DNA from: Octopus vulgaris
Taxonomy: Eukaryota
Reading direction: 5' to 3'
Assembly: GCA_951406725.2 (NCBI GenBank)
Contig: OX597817.1
Coordinates: forward strand, 117,944,001 to 118,006,000
DNA length: 62,000 bases
The notes beneath the pieces are model-generated. The model saw only the letters and a program-made list of their open reading frames with translations. It was not told the origin of the DNA and searched no databases. Each line of letters starts with the position of its first letter. Position 1 is the first letter of the stretch. Positions 55,140 to 62,000 of this stretch are shown here, piece by piece. The position numbers and the translations under genes were made by a program.

Positions 55140-55224
55140 CTTCCCCTTCCTGGTTCAACATCCACAGACTAGTTTCGGGGTATTTGCCCCACTAGTGTGT
55201 GGATGTTGAGCCAGCAAGGGGAAG
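55140..55224 (-). ncRNA. Hammerhead-shaped hairpin (family 5) whose catalytic core reads CACTAGT
   Basis: Minus strand: long stem I, CACTAGT, GGGG(CAAATA)CCCC, GAAAC-TA-GTC, long stem I. Confidence 0.65.
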
Positions 55225-55314
55225 CCTCTTGGAGTTAATCAACGGCTCAACGGCAGCATTCGTCCTAATTTCCTGGACTGCTATGTTAGCTGGGCGTAAG
55301 TATTAACATATATG

Positions 55315-55380
<66 letters not shown>

Positions 55381-55385
55381 GTATA

Positions 55386-55430
<45 letters not shown>

Positions 55431-55457
55431 ATATATACATATATATATATATACATA

Positions 55458-55501
<44 letters not shown>

Positions 55502-56764
55502 CAGGTTGCACCCTAACCGCATAGCTAAATCAAGAGTAGAACAGAAAGAACAAAACATGCGGGGGAGTCCCCCCCCAAAAAAAAAATAAAAAATAGACGA
55601 TAACACACCAAACAGCAAACTAGTCAAAAAGAAGATACACGGACCATTCATACATGAATTTAAATTTAGGAAGTTCTAAACATATTTAGATAATTTTTTT
55701 TTTCTTTTATAATGAAGATACTCTGGAAAACTTTACTGTTAATACGCCCACTACTTGTGTTTCATCCATTTGTCACTGAAATCTGGCAGTTGATATATAG
55801 AGAGTGATAACACAAGAACATGCTGCTTTGACCTCTGTTTGTAGATATCTCTTCAAATACTGCGGTGAAGAGGAAGCGGTGATGGGAATGCAGCAATAGA
55901 GAAGCGGAGATGGGGAAACGGTGATTGGGAAGCGGAAATGTTGGAGGTATACAGTTAATACTCTATACTTAAGTGGCCCATGGTTTACCTAACGTCGTTA
56001 GTAATTTTAGACGTACGAGCTAGCTTGGGCGGAATATTTTGTGACGGTACATTTTTTTTTTTTTATGAGAGAACACTGCTCACAAAAAATTTGTGGGGGG
56101 TCTCGAAATGGGGACTCAAACATTACTGATTCCATCATTTAGGTGGTCAGCTATCTGAGAGTGACTGGCGTTCATACCAGCATGATAAAAGGAAGATGAT
56201 TAATTTCCGAATAAACTTCCCAAAGAAAAGAACAGCAAGAAATGCTGCCATGTGTCTAGATTGAAAGGGATTCCTCCCAACATGCATAACTTATTACATC
56301 TGTTGTAGGCAGAGAATTGAGCTGGTATAATATGAATATAGCCACGTACTCCGTCTTGGTGTTAATAATCATATATCAGGGAGTGCTGCTCTCTATACAT
56401 TTTTCTAGAGAGAGCCAAAAGGTGAGAAAAGAAATAGGGGAGTACGTTTCGCAGTACAAACAGAATTCACTAGTCGGTTGTGCAGTTTCAGGGAAAAAGT
56501 TTTCTCTATCCTGGGAACTTTTCATGACATCTGTTTCAGTGTATATTTCCGCCCTGGATAGTAGCCAAGAACCAATCATGGCTATTTACAAACATTTACC
56601 TAGCAGTTCAGCATTGCAAACCGATAAAGTACTAGGCTTTAACAACAACAAGTATTGGTGTCGATCCATCCAACAAAACATTTTTAAGGCGGTTTCCCAG
56701 CATGGCCGCAATCTTATGACTTAGAAAAATAGTATATAAGAGACATTTACGTATGTGTCTTTTA

Positions 56765-56967
<203 letters not shown>

Positions 56968-57175
56968 TCATGTCTTTTATAGAATGAAGCAGTGGTGGGA
57001 TACCGCCTTGAAAATTTTTTAATCGGGTGTATCGCCCCCAATAAGTACAGCTTTTAAAGCCAGGTATATCGGCTCACTTTGCTGAATCGCTAAGTTACTG
57101 AGACGTAAACATACAAGCACCGGATCTGAAGCGGTCGCGGGGACCAAATATTAACACAAATACACATACACATAC

Positions 57176-62000
<4,825 letters not shown>

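Overview
AT-rich, microsatellite-dense eukaryotic DNA. The SINE families and repeat load resemble Octopus/cephalopod assemblies, but that is recalled resemblance and cannot be checked here. No host protein-coding gene is recognisable, and most ORFs in the track are microsatellite artefacts. The window is a graveyard of mobile DNA. It holds a young Helitron (Rep-PIF1 helicase, minus strand, 57.3 kb to the window edge, with one nonsense codon and one frameshift), older Helitron remnants and two further Helitron-type 3' ends. It also holds a CR1-like LINE, mariner and Tc1/IS630-like fragments, a same-strand cluster of R4/Dong-like retroelements in (TAA)n tracts, a Penelope-like RT fragment and many tRNA-derived SINEs. 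The most striking signal is non-coding. At least five unrelated repeat families carry minimal type I hammerhead ribozyme folds, each with a different palindrome at helix III (ACAGCTGT, ACCGCGGT, ACGT, ACGCGCGT, ACTAGT). They occur as a 354-bp retrozyme-like partial tandem, as Penelope-style foldbacks, as a tRNA-headed SINE with a ribozyme, and as one copy whose catalytic core appears overwritten by a palindrome template switch. Every copy in this window carries at least one deviation from the consensus fold, so activity is a family-level hypothesis.
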